A stretch of DNA of 64,000 bases from an uncultured Ruminococcus sp. (GTDB taxonomy: Bacteria > Bacillota > Clostridia > Oscillospirales > Ruminococcaceae), in assembly GCA_946528545.1 (NCBI GenBank), contig CAMMYU010000179.1, positions 26,086 to 90,085 of the forward strand. The letters run 5' to 3'. Positions 19,096 to 28,512 of this stretch are shown piece by piece; position 1 is the stretch's first letter, and each line of letters starts with the position of its first letter. A model generated the notes under the pieces. The model was not told where the DNA came from. It saw nothing but the letters and a program-made list of their open reading frames with translations, and did no database searches. The translations under genes and the position numbers were made by a program.

Positions 19096-20684
19096 GCTTT
19101 AAGTACCCTCTGTGCGCTGAGCCTGCGGTCAGTGATATTTCGTTTGAACTCGGCGAGGGCGAGGTGCTGCTCGTATGCGGTGCGGGCGGAAGCGGAAAGT
19201 CTACCTTGCTGCGCTGTCTGAAAAGAGAGGTCATTCCAAACGGTGAGCTTTCGGGCAAAGTTATGATAGACGGCAAAGACACTTCCCTTCTCGGTGTGAA
19301 AGAAAGTGCCTGCCTTGCAGGCTTTGTAACTCAGGACTGCGAGCAGCAGATAGTTACCGACAAAGTCTGGCATGAGCTTGCCTTCGGGCTTGAAAACCTT
19401 GGGCTCGGGCGTGATGAGATAGCCGTCAGGGTGGCAGAAACAGCCGCCTATTTCGGGCTGAACGATAAGCTTCACAGAGACACGGCTACCCTCTCGGGCG
19501 GCGAAAAGCAGATGCTTACTCTGGCAGCTGTAATGATAATGGACCCAAGGGTTCTTATCCTTGATGAGCCCTGCTCCCAGCTTGACCCTGTTGCCTCACA
19601 GACCTTTACACAGACAGTCGCAAGGCTTGTACGGGAGCGCTCTCTCACTGTCATCATTGCTGAACACAGGCTCGACAATATCCTGCCCTTTGCAGACAAG
19701 CTTCTCTGTCTTGACAGCGGCAGACTCCGCTTCTGCGAAACGAGATCAAAAGCTATGGAGCTTATCTCAGATGACGGGAAACTGCTTCGTGCTATGCCTG
19801 CTCCCGTGAGGATATTTCACTCCCTTGACGGCAAGGGCAGCTGCCCCTGTGATGTTACCTCTGCAAGGCGCTTTGTGACAGGCACATTCGCAAATGCTGT
19901 CAGGTCACTTGACAGACAGGAGCACAATCACTCTGACGTTAAGGCAGTCGGGATAAAGGAGCTTTCCTTCCGCTACAAAAAAGATCAGCCCGACATAATA
20001 AAAGACCTTGACCTCACAGTTTACGAGGGCGAAATATTCACCGTCCTCGGAGCGAACGGCTCGGGCAAGACAACTATGCTCTCGCTTATTGCAGGAGCAC
20101 TGAGGGCAGTTTCGGGAAAAATCACGGTGTTCGGAAAGAAGCTCAGAGACTATAAAAACGGCTCGCTCTATATGGGCACGCTTGCAATGCTGCCTCAGGA
20201 CGTTACAACGCTGTTCCTCAGGAACTCTGTCCGTGAGGAGCTTGACGATATGCACATTACAGATATACCCTTCGGGCTTGATAAGCTTGCGGACAAGCAC
20301 CCCTATGACCTTTCAGGCGGAGAGCGTCAGCTTCTGGCGCTTGCAAAGGTGCTCTCCCTGAAGCCAAAGCTTCTGCTGTTAGATGAGCCCACAAAAAGCC
20401 TTGATTCACAGTCCCGTGAGCGCCTTATCGGTATACTGAAGGAGCTCAACAGCGAGGGCATGACTATAATTGCAGTAAGCCACGATACGGAGTTCTGTGC
20501 GGAGCTCTCACACAGGAGCGCAGTGTTTCTCTCGGGAAGGCTTTCCGAGCCTGCGGATACCGACAGGCTTCTGTCACGAAATTCATTTTTCACAACACCT
20601 GCGAGCCTTATCTCCCGCAGACATTTTGACGGTGCAGTTACAGCAGAGCAGGTAACGGAGCTCTGCCGAAAAAACCGAAAGTAA
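19068..20684 (+). CDS. ECF transporter fused double ATPase
   Basis: Two Walker A motifs (GAGGSGKST, GANGSGKTT), LSGGE signatures, LDEP Walker B. Confidence 0.93.
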   Translation: MALLSVEGLSFKYPLCAEPAVSDISFELGEGEVLLVCGAGGSGKSTLLRCLKREVIPNGELSGKVMIDGKDTSLLGVKESACLAGFVTQDCEQQIVTDKVWHELAFGLENLGLGRDEIAVRVAETAAYFGLNDKLHRDTATLSGGEKQMLTLAAVMIMDPRVLILDEPCSQLDPVASQTFTQTVARLVRERSLTVIIAEHRLDNILPFADKLLCLDSGRLRFCETRSKAMELISDDGKLLRAMPAPVRIFHSLDGKGSCPCDVTSARRFVTGTFANAVRSLDRQEHNHSDVKAVGIKELSFRYKKDQPDIIKDLDLTVYEGEIFTVLGANGSGKTTMLSLIAGALRAVSGKITVFGKKLRDYKNGSLYMGTLAMLPQDVTTLFLRNSVREELDDMHITDIPFGLDKLADKHPYDLSGGERQLLALAKVLSLKPKLLLLDEPTKSLDSQSRERLIGILKELNSEGMTIIAVSHDTEFCAELSHRSAVFLSGRLSEPADTDRLLSRNSFFTTPASLISRRHFDGAVTAEQVTELCRKNRK

Positions 20685-20687
20685 GGA

Positions 20688-21383
20688 GTGAGCGCAGTGC
20701 TTGTTATCAAAGACCTGAGGCTTCGGCTGACAGTGAAATATACCATCGCCTTAGTGCTGATACCTGCACTTGCGGTGGCAGGCTCGGTCGCTTTTGACGA
20801 AAAGCGCCACATCATTATATCTCTGGGCATTGCAGTGATGGCTCTGCTCGTGTTCTTCACAGGCTATGAGAAAAAGCAGGTCGGAACAAGAAGAATGGTC
20901 ATCACAGCGATAATGACAGCGCTTTGCTTTGTGGGTCGCTTCGTACCGGTAATTAAGCCTATGACTGCCCTTCTGATACTTACGGGCGCATACCTCGGCT
21001 GTGAGGCAGGCTTCCTGACGGGTGCGCTGACTGCCCTTATCTCGAACTTCTGGTTCGGACAAGGTCCGTGGACAGCCTTTATGATGCTGGCTCTCGGACT
21101 GATCGGCTTTGCCTCGGGACTGCTTTCAAAAGCGCTCATAAAAAACAGACCTGCCCTTATAATTTTCGGGGCGGTCTGCGGTGCAGGGTATTCAATGATA
21201 ATGGATATATGGACAGTTCTATGGTATGCCGAGGGCTTCAGCATAAAGCTTTACCTTGCGGCTCTGGGAACTTCACTGCCGTACCTGCTTAGCTATGTAA
21301 TCTCAAACGTGGTGTTCCTGATACTGCTGGGAAAGCCCGTCGGTGAAAAGCTTATGAGGATAATAATAAAATACGGTGTGTAG
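20688..21383 (+). CDS. ECF transporter S component (CbrT-like)
   Basis: Multi-TM; KPMTAL, ISNFWFGQGPWT. Confidence 0.85.
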   Translation: MSAVLVIKDLRLRLTVKYTIALVLIPALAVAGSVAFDEKRHIIISLGIAVMALLVFFTGYEKKQVGTRRMVITAIMTALCFVGRFVPVIKPMTALLILTGAYLGCEAGFLTGALTALISNFWFGQGPWTAFMMLALGLIGFASGLLSKALIKNRPALIIFGAVCGAGYSMIMDIWTVLWYAEGFSIKLYLAALGTSLPYLLSYVISNVVFLILLGKPVGEKLMRIIIKYGV

Positions 21384-21405
21384 CAGGCATAGTCTGCCGA
21401 AATAC

Positions 21406-21434
21406 AAAAAGGCCCCGATGTTTCGGGGCCTTTT
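21406..21434. terminator. Bidirectional terminator
   Basis: AAAAAGGCCCCGA-TGTT-TCGGGGCCTTTT. Confidence 0.85.
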
Positions 21435-21445
21435 GATCTTGTTTT

Positions 21446-22318
21446 CTAGCTTTGAGGGCTTATCATATCTGCGTCGATAACAACTGCTGTCTTTTTCGAG
21501 GAGCTGTCGTCGCCGAATATCTGCTTTCTGAATACAACGAAAACGTCTACCAGAATAACTGCAACTATAAGTATGATAAGAATTATCGGTATCAGCATAT
21601 TTGTGCTCTTTCCCGGAGTCACATTCTGTTGAGGCATTGGCTGCTGCTGCGGATAAGGCTGCTGCTGCGGCATACCGTTCGGCTGCATACCCTGCGGAGC
21701 AGGCTGTCCCTGCATAGGCTGCTGAGGATACTGCTGACCCTGCATCATAGCCTGCTGAGGTGCCTGCTGAGGCATCTGCATCTGCTGCATAGCCTGAGCC
21801 TGAAGCTGCTGAGCTCTGAGCTGCTGAGCCTTGATCTGCTTTGCCTTCTGCTCTGCATAAGCAGGATCGATAGAAGGGTCAAGTCCCAGTGCAGTTGTAA
21901 CCTTAGGCGCATCGGGAACGATAACAGGAACGTCCTCCTTCTTCTCATCATCAGGCTTTTCAGGCTCCTGTCCGGGGAGAAATACACTATCCATAGTCGG
22001 CATATCATCTGTATGCTTTGGAATGTCGCTTATCTCAGGCTGACCGTTGTCATTATCATAGTCATAGTCGATAACAGGTACCTGTACCTCGTCCATTGTA
22101 GGATTTCTGTCAAGGTCTATCTGCTCTTCTTCCTTGGGAGCTTCAGCTGCCTCTGTTTTTGTTCCGCATATCGAGCAGAACTTTGCGCCCGCAGCAAGCG
22201 GATTTCCGCAGACAGGACAGGATATCTTCTGCTGCGGTATCTCGATCTTGTTTCCGCAGACTGAACAGAACTTAGCTCCGTCCTCAAGCTCGGTTTTGCA
22301 GGTCGGACACTGTATCAT
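21446..22318 (-). CDS. Double zinc-ribbon membrane protein with a Q/P-rich region
   Basis: Two CPxC...FCxxCG units, Q-rich tract, C-terminal TM. Confidence 0.85.
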   Translation of the reverse strand: MIQCPTCKTELEDGAKFCSVCGNKIEIPQQKISCPVCGNPLAAGAKFCSICGTKTEAAEAPKEEEQIDLDRNPTMDEVQVPVIDYDYDNDNGQPEISDIPKHTDDMPTMDSVFLPGQEPEKPDDEKKEDVPVIVPDAPKVTTALGLDPSIDPAYAEQKAKQIKAQQLRAQQLQAQAMQQMQMPQQAPQQAMMQGQQYPQQPMQGQPAPQGMQPNGMPQQQPYPQQQPMPQQNVTPGKSTNMLIPIILIILIVAVILVDVFVVFRKQIFGDDSSSKKTAVVIDADMISPQS

Positions 22319-22394
22319 AATATCACTTCTTTCATTAAATATTTCCGTATTCCAAAAATGGAGGCTGCATGCCCCCATTTAAGTTACTTAAGAT

Positions 22395-23186
22395 TTAGAA
22401 AAAGCTGTCGCCCATGCCGCTGAACATTCCGAGTGAACCGTCATCGAGGAAAATCCAATCGCCGTCAACCTTGCCGACTACAACTGTAGTATCGTTTGAA
22501 TCCTCATCATCGTCGCCCTTGATCGTCAGCTCAACCTCAAGCTCGTAACCCTCTGTAGGATAGAAGTCAGAGGTCTTTCCGTCTGCTGCATCAGCATATC
22601 TCTTAGCGAGTGACTTGTAGTTCTTCTTGAGCTTGCTCTCGGAAATCTCATCCTTGTCTGTAACCTTGTAGGAGATCTCAACATCGTCGCCGTACTTAGC
22701 CTCGATAAGTGCCTTTGAAGCCTCGATAGCATCATCAGCATCGTCCCAGTCAGGGTCTTCCTCATCTTCATAAGCGCTGAGTACAGAACCCGGCATCATA
22801 GCCTTTGTTATCATCTTTGCGTTGTTCTTGTTGAAGCCCTTTGTAAGGTTATCAAGCGGTGTCTTGTATCCGCCGCCGCCGATAAGATTAATAATAAGTA
22901 CTATTACAATTATAACAATCACCAGTGCAGCTGCCAGAACTCCGATTACCTTCATGTTCTTCTGCTGAACACCCTGCTTGAAGCCGTTGATGTCCTTAGG
23001 AAGGTCAGCTACGAAATTCTGCCCTGCCTGACGAGCCTGTGAAAAGCCCTGTGAAACATTGTTCATAACGTTTGAGCCCTGTGCAGGTGCAGCCTGCGCT
23101 GCCTGATCGAGAGTTGCACCACAGCTGGTACAGAAGGCTGCGTTGTCTTCCAAAGCAGCTCCGCATTTCGGACAATACTTTGCCAT
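22395..23186 (-). CDS. Zinc-ribbon single-pass membrane protein
   Basis: YCPKCG...FCTSCG, TM, extracellular domain ending KVDGDWIF. Confidence 0.85.
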   Translation of the reverse strand: MAKYCPKCGAALEDNAAFCTSCGATLDQAAQAAPAQGSNVMNNVSQGFSQARQAGQNFVADLPKDINGFKQGVQQKNMKVIGVLAAALVIVIIVIVLIINLIGGGGYKTPLDNLTKGFNKNNAKMITKAMMPGSVLSAYEDEEDPDWDDADDAIEASKALIEAKYGDDVEISYKVTDKDEISESKLKKNYKSLAKRYADAADGKTSDFYPTEGYELEVELTIKGDDDEDSNDTTVVVGKVDGDWIFLDDGSLGMFSGMGDSFF

Positions 23187-23405
23187 AATTCATTTCTCCA
23201 TTTCCATATTTTAGATTTCTTCATAATACGGTTTTCCAAACCATTAATATATTAACTCATTATTTCGATTTTGTCAATACATTTAAGCATATTTCGTTAA
23301 AAATAAACCCCTTCACCACCCGCTTTTTGATATAGTTTTTTACATATTTGTTAAGTCATACAAAAATGTGTTAAAATATAATAATGAATTTGGTATAATA
23401 TGTTG

Positions 23406-23437
23406 TTGACAAACAATATTATATGTCGTATAATATT
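23406..23437 (+). promoter_or_regulatory. SigA promoter with a palindromic operator (probable PadR autorepression site)
   Basis: TTGACA-N17-TATAAT; perfect inverted repeat AATATTATA-N5-TATAATATT at 23415-23437. Confidence 0.8.
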
Positions 23438-23465
23438 ACACAAGAGAAAACAAAGAGGTGATAGC

Positions 23466-23798
23466 ATGGCATTTCCACTCAGCGCACAGCTTCTTGACAG
23501 CCTGGTGCTTTCTGTAGTTGAAAACTCGGACACCTACGGTTATGAGCTTACACGGCATATAAGAGAGTGTACCAGCGTATCAGAGTCAACTCTTTATCCT
23601 GTGCTCAGAAGGCTTTTGAAAAACGGGCTTCTGGAGTGTTACGACAAGGAGTTCCTCGGCAGGAACAGAAGGTACTACCATATAACTGTAAGCGGCATAC
23701 AGGCTTTGAACGGCTACCGCAAGGACTGGGAAGAGCATAAAAGGAGCGTAGAATCAATACTTATAAACAGGGGAGAAGAACAATATGGACAGATCTGA
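23466..23798 (+). CDS. PadR-family transcriptional regulator
   Basis: DTYGYEL, SESTLYPVLRRL, GRNRRYYHIT. Confidence 0.93.
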   Translation: MAFPLSAQLLDSLVLSVVENSDTYGYELTRHIRECTSVSESTLYPVLRRLLKNGLLECYDKEFLGRNRRYYHITVSGIQALNGYRKDWEEHKRSVESILINRGEEQYGQI

Positions 23799-24435
23799 AT
23801 ATTTGGTAAATCTGAGGAGCTATCTGTATGAGCAAAAAATGACCGAAAGCGACATTGAAGATGCAATGAGCTTTTACGGAGATATGATAATGGACAGCTC
23901 CGAGGAGGATTTTCTGAGACTCGGAAGTGTAGAACAGCTTGGCTCGCAGATATTGGCAGAGCACGGTATTTTCACTGGTGAGCAGGGCGGCTTTCAGATG
24001 GAGCCTGCATTCATGCCGGGTGAAAACCGGGAAACGAACGGCGGACAGAACTTCGCAGATATGGAAGCTCAGCAGAGACGCAACAAAATGCTTATTGTTA
24101 CAGTTGTGCTGGCAGTTACCTTTCCGATATGGATAGGGCTTCTGTCAGGAGGCTTCGGGCTTTTTATCGGGCTTTTCTGTGCACTGCTGGCGCTGATATG
24201 CGTGCCTGTTGCAGTTGGTGTGGGACTGCTCATTTCAGGAGTTCCCGTTCTGTTCAATGCACCGCCGCTCGGAATTACAATGATAGGTGCGGCATCCGTG
24301 CTTTTCGGGCTTGACGGACTTGTATTCATACCGCTGCTGAAGCTCCTGTTCAAGGGAATAAGAAAGCTTATTGAGCTTGGTGTGAATTTCATCAAAGGAC
24401 TATTTAACAACAGATCGGGGGTGACAACGGTATGA
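23785..24435 (+). CDS. DUF1700 (HAAS-domain) membrane protein
   Basis: N-terminal EYLVNLRSYL...IEDAMSFY...RLGSVEQLGSQIL, then TM helices; typical position after padR. Confidence 0.8.
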   Translation: MDRSEYLVNLRSYLYEQKMTESDIEDAMSFYGDMIMDSSEEDFLRLGSVEQLGSQILAEHGIFTGEQGGFQMEPAFMPGENRETNGGQNFADMEAQQRRNKMLIVTVVLAVTFPIWIGLLSGGFGLFIGLFCALLALICVPVAVGVGLLISGVPVLFNAPPLGITMIGAASVLFGLDGLVFIPLLKLLFKGIRKLIELGVNFIKGLFNNRSGVTTV

Positions 24436-24584
24436 GCAAGGAAGAAAAGACAAAAAAGAGAAAAGGCATACTTGCAAATATCCTTGCAGGCTTTCTTCTC
24501 GGAGGGGCGGCTATAGGCTACGGAATTATGAAGCTTGTAAAGCTTGTCACGGGAAAGAATAAAAAAGAGGAGGCTGATGACTGA
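24432..24584 (+). CDS. 50-aa single-TM microprotein (not in the ORF track)
   Basis: MSKEEKTKKRKGILANILAGFLLGGAAIGYGIMKLVKLVTGKNKKEEADD; ATGA and TGATG overlaps with both neighbours. Confidence 0.75.
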   Translation: MSKEEKTKKRKGILANILAGFLLGGAAIGYGIMKLVKLVTGKNKKEEADD

Positions 24585-25399
24585 TGGAAAGATACGATTC
24601 ATCGGGTGACGTAAAACAAAGAGTGTTTTTCCTCAGGCCGTCAGTAATAATGCTTATTTTAGGTGCAGTAATGTGCATTTCGGGACTTATCTGGATAAAG
24701 AGCGAGGGTCTCGGGAAATATATAAAGACATACGATGCAGACGAAACCATAGAGGGCGCTGATATAACAGAGCTTGACATTGAGGCAGGACTTGCAGAAA
24801 TAACGATAAGACCGAGCTCCGACAGTGATTTTCATATTATTGCCGAGAAGATACCGTATAAGATTCATCACAGAGTATCAAACGGAAGGCTCTACATTGA
24901 TGATGATGATGTCGGCACTATGAATCTTGTGCTTTCGGGAATACAGAACGGCAAAAAAGGCGGAACTCTTGTTATAGAAGCTCCGAAAAAAGAGTATAAA
25001 AAGCTCAGGATAGCCTGCGGCCTTACCAAAATGAAGGTCGAGGATCTCAAGTGTACAGACCTGTCCTTTGACAGCGGTCTTGCCGATATCGAGGTCACAA
25101 ACCTTATATGCTCTGCAAACGCAGATATAGACATCGGCATGGGCGACGCTGAATTCAAAAGCTGCAAGTTCTTCAAGAGCGCCTTTGAAATTGGCATGAG
25201 CGATTTTGAGTACGAGGGTTATCTCGGAGCAGAAACAACTATCGAGTGCGGAACGAGCAATGCTGATTTCGTGCTTGACGGCAAGCGTTCGGATTATCAT
25301 ATCGAGGGCACTAAAGTCTCGGGCGAGGACAATAAAGACGGTATCCTTATCAAGGTGAATTCGGGAGCGTCCGACACAGATATTACATTCAGGAAATAG
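24584..25399 (+). CDS. DUF4097 (toastrack) beta-strand repeat membrane protein
   Basis: N-terminal TM; repeated I.AGLA.I.I / I.IGMGD units. Confidence 0.8.
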   Translation: MERYDSSGDVKQRVFFLRPSVIMLILGAVMCISGLIWIKSEGLGKYIKTYDADETIEGADITELDIEAGLAEITIRPSSDSDFHIIAEKIPYKIHHRVSNGRLYIDDDDVGTMNLVLSGIQNGKKGGTLVIEAPKKEYKKLRIACGLTKMKVEDLKCTDLSFDSGLADIEVTNLICSANADIDIGMGDAEFKSCKFFKSAFEIGMSDFEYEGYLGAETTIECGTSNADFVLDGKRSDYHIEGTKVSGEDNKDGILIKVNSGASDTDITFRK

Positions 25400-25411
25400 G
25401 AGGACAGCATC

Positions 25412-25591
25412 ATGCAGAAAAAGCTATACAGAATAAGACAGGGAAAAATGCTCGGAGGCGTATGCATGGGCATCTCACAGTATCTCGACGTAGATGTAAA
25501 TGTGATAAGGCTTCTGACCATACTCATCGGCTGTACAGGAACAGGCGTTGTAGCATATATTGCGGCTTGCATACTTCTCCCCGAAGTATAA
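25412..25591 (+). CDS. pspC: PspC-domain protein (not in the ORF track)
   Basis: MQKKLYRIRQGKMLGGVCMGISQYLDVDVNVIRLL...AYIAACILLPEV; AGGAGG RBS. Confidence 0.92.
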   Translation: MQKKLYRIRQGKMLGGVCMGISQYLDVDVNVIRLLTILIGCTGTGVVAYIAACILLPEV

Positions 25592-25602
25592 GCATAAACA
25601 GG

Positions 25603-25636
25603 AAAGCCCGTACCGCTTTGGTGCGGGCTTTCTTTG
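25603..25636 (+). terminator. Terminator of the padR operon
   Basis: AAAGCCCGTACC...GGTGCGGGCTTTCTTT. Confidence 0.75.
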
Positions 25637-25729
25637 TGTTAAAAATATGAAACTTTTGTCCGAATGCTTTACATTCGGATATTTTTGTGATATACTAATT
25701 CTGGTATATTATAAGAAAGGGCGATAGAT

Positions 25730-27154
25730 TTGATAACTAACGAACAGCTCAAAAATATCAGGCACGTTCATTTTATAGGAATAGGCGGCTCGGGAATGTA
25801 CCCAATAGCACAGATATTCCACTCAAAGGGCTTTTATATTACAGGCTCGGACAATAATGAGACAGATACACTCAAGGCTGTAAGGGATATGGGTATAGAG
25901 GTATACCTCGGACAAAGAGCAGAGAATATCGGCGATGCAGACCTGATCATTTACACAGCCGCTATTATGGCTGATAACCCCGAGCTCATAGCCGCAAAGG
26001 CAAGCGGTGCCCTCTGCTGTGAAAGAGCCGAGATACTGGGGCTTGTAACAAGCTGGTATGATAATGCGCTCTGTGTATGCGGCACTCACGGAAAGACTAC
26101 CGCTTCATCTATGCTTACTCAGATATTTGTAGACGAGGGCAGGGATATTTCCTGCGTTATAGGCGGAAAGCTGCCCAGCATTCACGGCTCGGGACTGGCA
26201 GGCAAGGGAGATACTATGGTCTGTGAGGCCTGCGAGTTTGAGGATCACTTCTTAAAGCTTTATCCCGATGCGGCAATTATCCTGAATGTAGATGCCGACC
26301 ACCTTGAATACTTCAAAAGCCTCGATAACATTATAAAGAGCTTCCATACCTTCTCGGAAATGGCTAAGAAGGCCGTTATCTATAACGGCGATGACAAGAA
26401 CACAAGAAAATCCGTAGAGGGAATTACAGGCAAGGCTATGATAACCTTCGGCTTCGGCGATGGCAATGATTACAGAGCCGAGATAAAGAGCAAGAAGGGG
26501 CTTGTGACTGCCTTCGATGTGTACTATAAGGGCGAGCTTGTAAGAACGCTCCGTATTCATGTCCCCGGTGACCACAATGTGCTCAATGCCCTTGCTGCGG
26601 CTGCCGCTGCAAGATATTCGGGTGCCGAGTGGGATACTATCGAAAAGGGACTTGATAACTTCTTCGGTGCGGTAAGACGCTTCCAGAAGATCGATGAGGT
26701 CAGAGGCATAACCATAGTTGATGACTACGGCCACCACCCTGCCGAGATCGCCTGCACCCTTAAAGCTGCTAAGGGTCTTGACTTCAAAAGAGTATGGGCG
26801 GTGTTCCAGCCTTTTACCTATTCAAGAACAAAGCTCCTTATGGACGACTTTGCAAGGGCTCTGGAGATTGCAGATATTTCTGTAATTACCGACATTATGG
26901 GCAGCCGTGAAAAGAATACCGACGGCATTTACACAGAGCAGCTCGGCGAGAAGACAAAGAACGCAAAGTGGTTCTTCACAGAGCACGATGTGGTCGATCA
27001 GCAGACTGCCGAGCAGAAAGAGTTTAACTTCAATCAGTGCGCAGACTATATAGCAGAGAATGCCGAGGCAGGCGACATTGTTATAACTACAGGCTGCGGA
27101 GATGTATACAAGCTTGCAAGAATACTTGCTAAGAAGCTTAAAGAAAAGGAGTGA
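25730..27154 (+). CDS. murC: UDP-N-acetylmuramate--L-alanine ligase
   Basis: HFIGIGGSGM, GTHGKTT, DDYGHHPAEI, FQPFTYSRT. Confidence 0.97.
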   Translation: MITNEQLKNIRHVHFIGIGGSGMYPIAQIFHSKGFYITGSDNNETDTLKAVRDMGIEVYLGQRAENIGDADLIIYTAAIMADNPELIAAKASGALCCERAEILGLVTSWYDNALCVCGTHGKTTASSMLTQIFVDEGRDISCVIGGKLPSIHGSGLAGKGDTMVCEACEFEDHFLKLYPDAAIILNVDADHLEYFKSLDNIIKSFHTFSEMAKKAVIYNGDDKNTRKSVEGITGKAMITFGFGDGNDYRAEIKSKKGLVTAFDVYYKGELVRTLRIHVPGDHNVLNALAAAAAARYSGAEWDTIEKGLDNFFGAVRRFQKIDEVRGITIVDDYGHHPAEIACTLKAAKGLDFKRVWAVFQPFTYSRTKLLMDDFARALEIADISVITDIMGSREKNTDGIYTEQLGEKTKNAKWFFTEHDVVDQQTAEQKEFNFNQCADYIAENAEAGDIVITTGCGDVYKLARILAKKLKEKE

Positions 27155-27161
27155 TGCAGAT

Positions 27162-27749
27162 ATGAAGCTGACAAAAAACGAACTCAAGGTATTTGAATTT
27201 ATCAAGGACAGGATCGAGGACGGCTATCCCCCTACAGTAAGGGAGATCTGTGCTCATTTCGGATATAAGTCTACATCAACTGCTCACAGATATATAAACC
27301 TGCTGGCCGAAAAGGGCTATCTTGAAAAGGGTGCTAACCGCAACAGAGCTATAAAGCTCAGCGGAGGAAACGGCACTAAGGTGCCGCTGGTCGGAACGGT
27401 TGCGGCAGGTCTGCCAATTACAGCTATTGAGGATATTACCGAGTATATAAGCTTCCACCCTGACAGAAACTATCAGGGCAGGCTTTTTGCGCTTAAAGTT
27501 AAGGGCGAGTCAATGATAAATGTCGCTATCCTTGACGGTGACATAGTAGTTATCGAGCAGAAGCAGACAGCCGAAAACGGCGAGATAGTCTGCGCTCTTG
27601 TAGATAACGAATCCGCAACGATAAAGACCTTCTACAAGGAGGACGGACACTTCCGCCTGCAGCCCGAGAACGATAATATGGACCCTATCATCGTAGACGA
27701 GGTATCTATCCTCGGCAAGGTGGTAGCTGTACTCAGATATATAGATTAG
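27162..27749 (+). CDS. lexA: SOS repressor LexA
   Basis: YPPTVREI winged HTH, VAAG cleavage site, GESM serine, TIK lysine. Confidence 0.96.
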   Translation: MKLTKNELKVFEFIKDRIEDGYPPTVREICAHFGYKSTSTAHRYINLLAEKGYLEKGANRNRAIKLSGGNGTKVPLVGTVAAGLPITAIEDITEYISFHPDRNYQGRLFALKVKGESMINVAILDGDIVVIEQKQTAENGEIVCALVDNESATIKTFYKEDGHFRLQPENDNMDPIIVDEVSILGKVVAVLRYID

Positions 27750-27770
27750 AGAAAACCAAGGAGATAACAA

Positions 27771-28493
27771 ATGTCAAAGTTTTGTACATACTGCGGAGCT
27801 CAGCTCGGGGACAGCATAAAGGTATGCCCCGACTGCGGAAGGCTCATCAGTATTGATGAAAACAAGGTGTCAGCGGCGGCTCATCAAAGGAGAGAGGCCG
27901 CAAGACGTGTTTATGAGCACCCGAAAAGAGTGCAGAACACACAGGCAGGGCAAGGTGCTGTGAGAACAAGACCCGGACCCCGGCAGCAGCCCCCTCAGAA
28001 AAGAAGACCCGAGCCCGTTCAGGAGCACAGAAGACCCCGCCCTGCTCCCGAGCAGATGCAGAACACTGCAAAAAAGAAAAAGTCGGGTGTTGGCTCGCTT
28101 ATTTGGAAGATCGTTAAAAAGGTGCTGCTCATCGGTATAATAGTGGGTATTATTTACGGGGTGCTCGCCTTTGCAATGATTTCCCTCACCAAAAAGGCAA
28201 GCTACGACTTCAGCGGAGTAACTCAGATGCAGCTTGAGCAGGACAGCTACGGCGAAGCGATAGATGTCTACTTCAAGGACGGCAGCTGGAGCTTCAATAT
28301 GTTTACCTTTACTGTCAGCTACACAGGCACCGCACATAACGGAGATGACTATGTAATGAAGTTTGGTCACGAAAAGGGTCAGACCGTTGTTAAGGAAATG
28401 AAGGTAAACGGCAAAAAGATAAATCAGAAGGACATTATGCCACTGTATGTAATGGGAATGTTCAATTCGGTCGAGATAAAGACCAATAAATAA
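27771..28493 (+). CDS. Zinc-ribbon single-pass membrane protein
   Basis: FCTYCG...CPDCG, R/P/Q-rich linker, TM. Confidence 0.8.
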   Translation: MSKFCTYCGAQLGDSIKVCPDCGRLISIDENKVSAAAHQRREAARRVYEHPKRVQNTQAGQGAVRTRPGPRQQPPQKRRPEPVQEHRRPRPAPEQMQNTAKKKKSGVGSLIWKIVKKVLLIGIIVGIIYGVLAFAMISLTKKASYDFSGVTQMQLEQDSYGEAIDVYFKDGSWSFNMFTFTVSYTGTAHNGDDYVMKFGHEKGQTVVKEMKVNGKKINQKDIMPLYVMGMFNSVEIKTNK

Positions 28494-28512
28494 ATTTACG
28501 GAGGACATTTTT

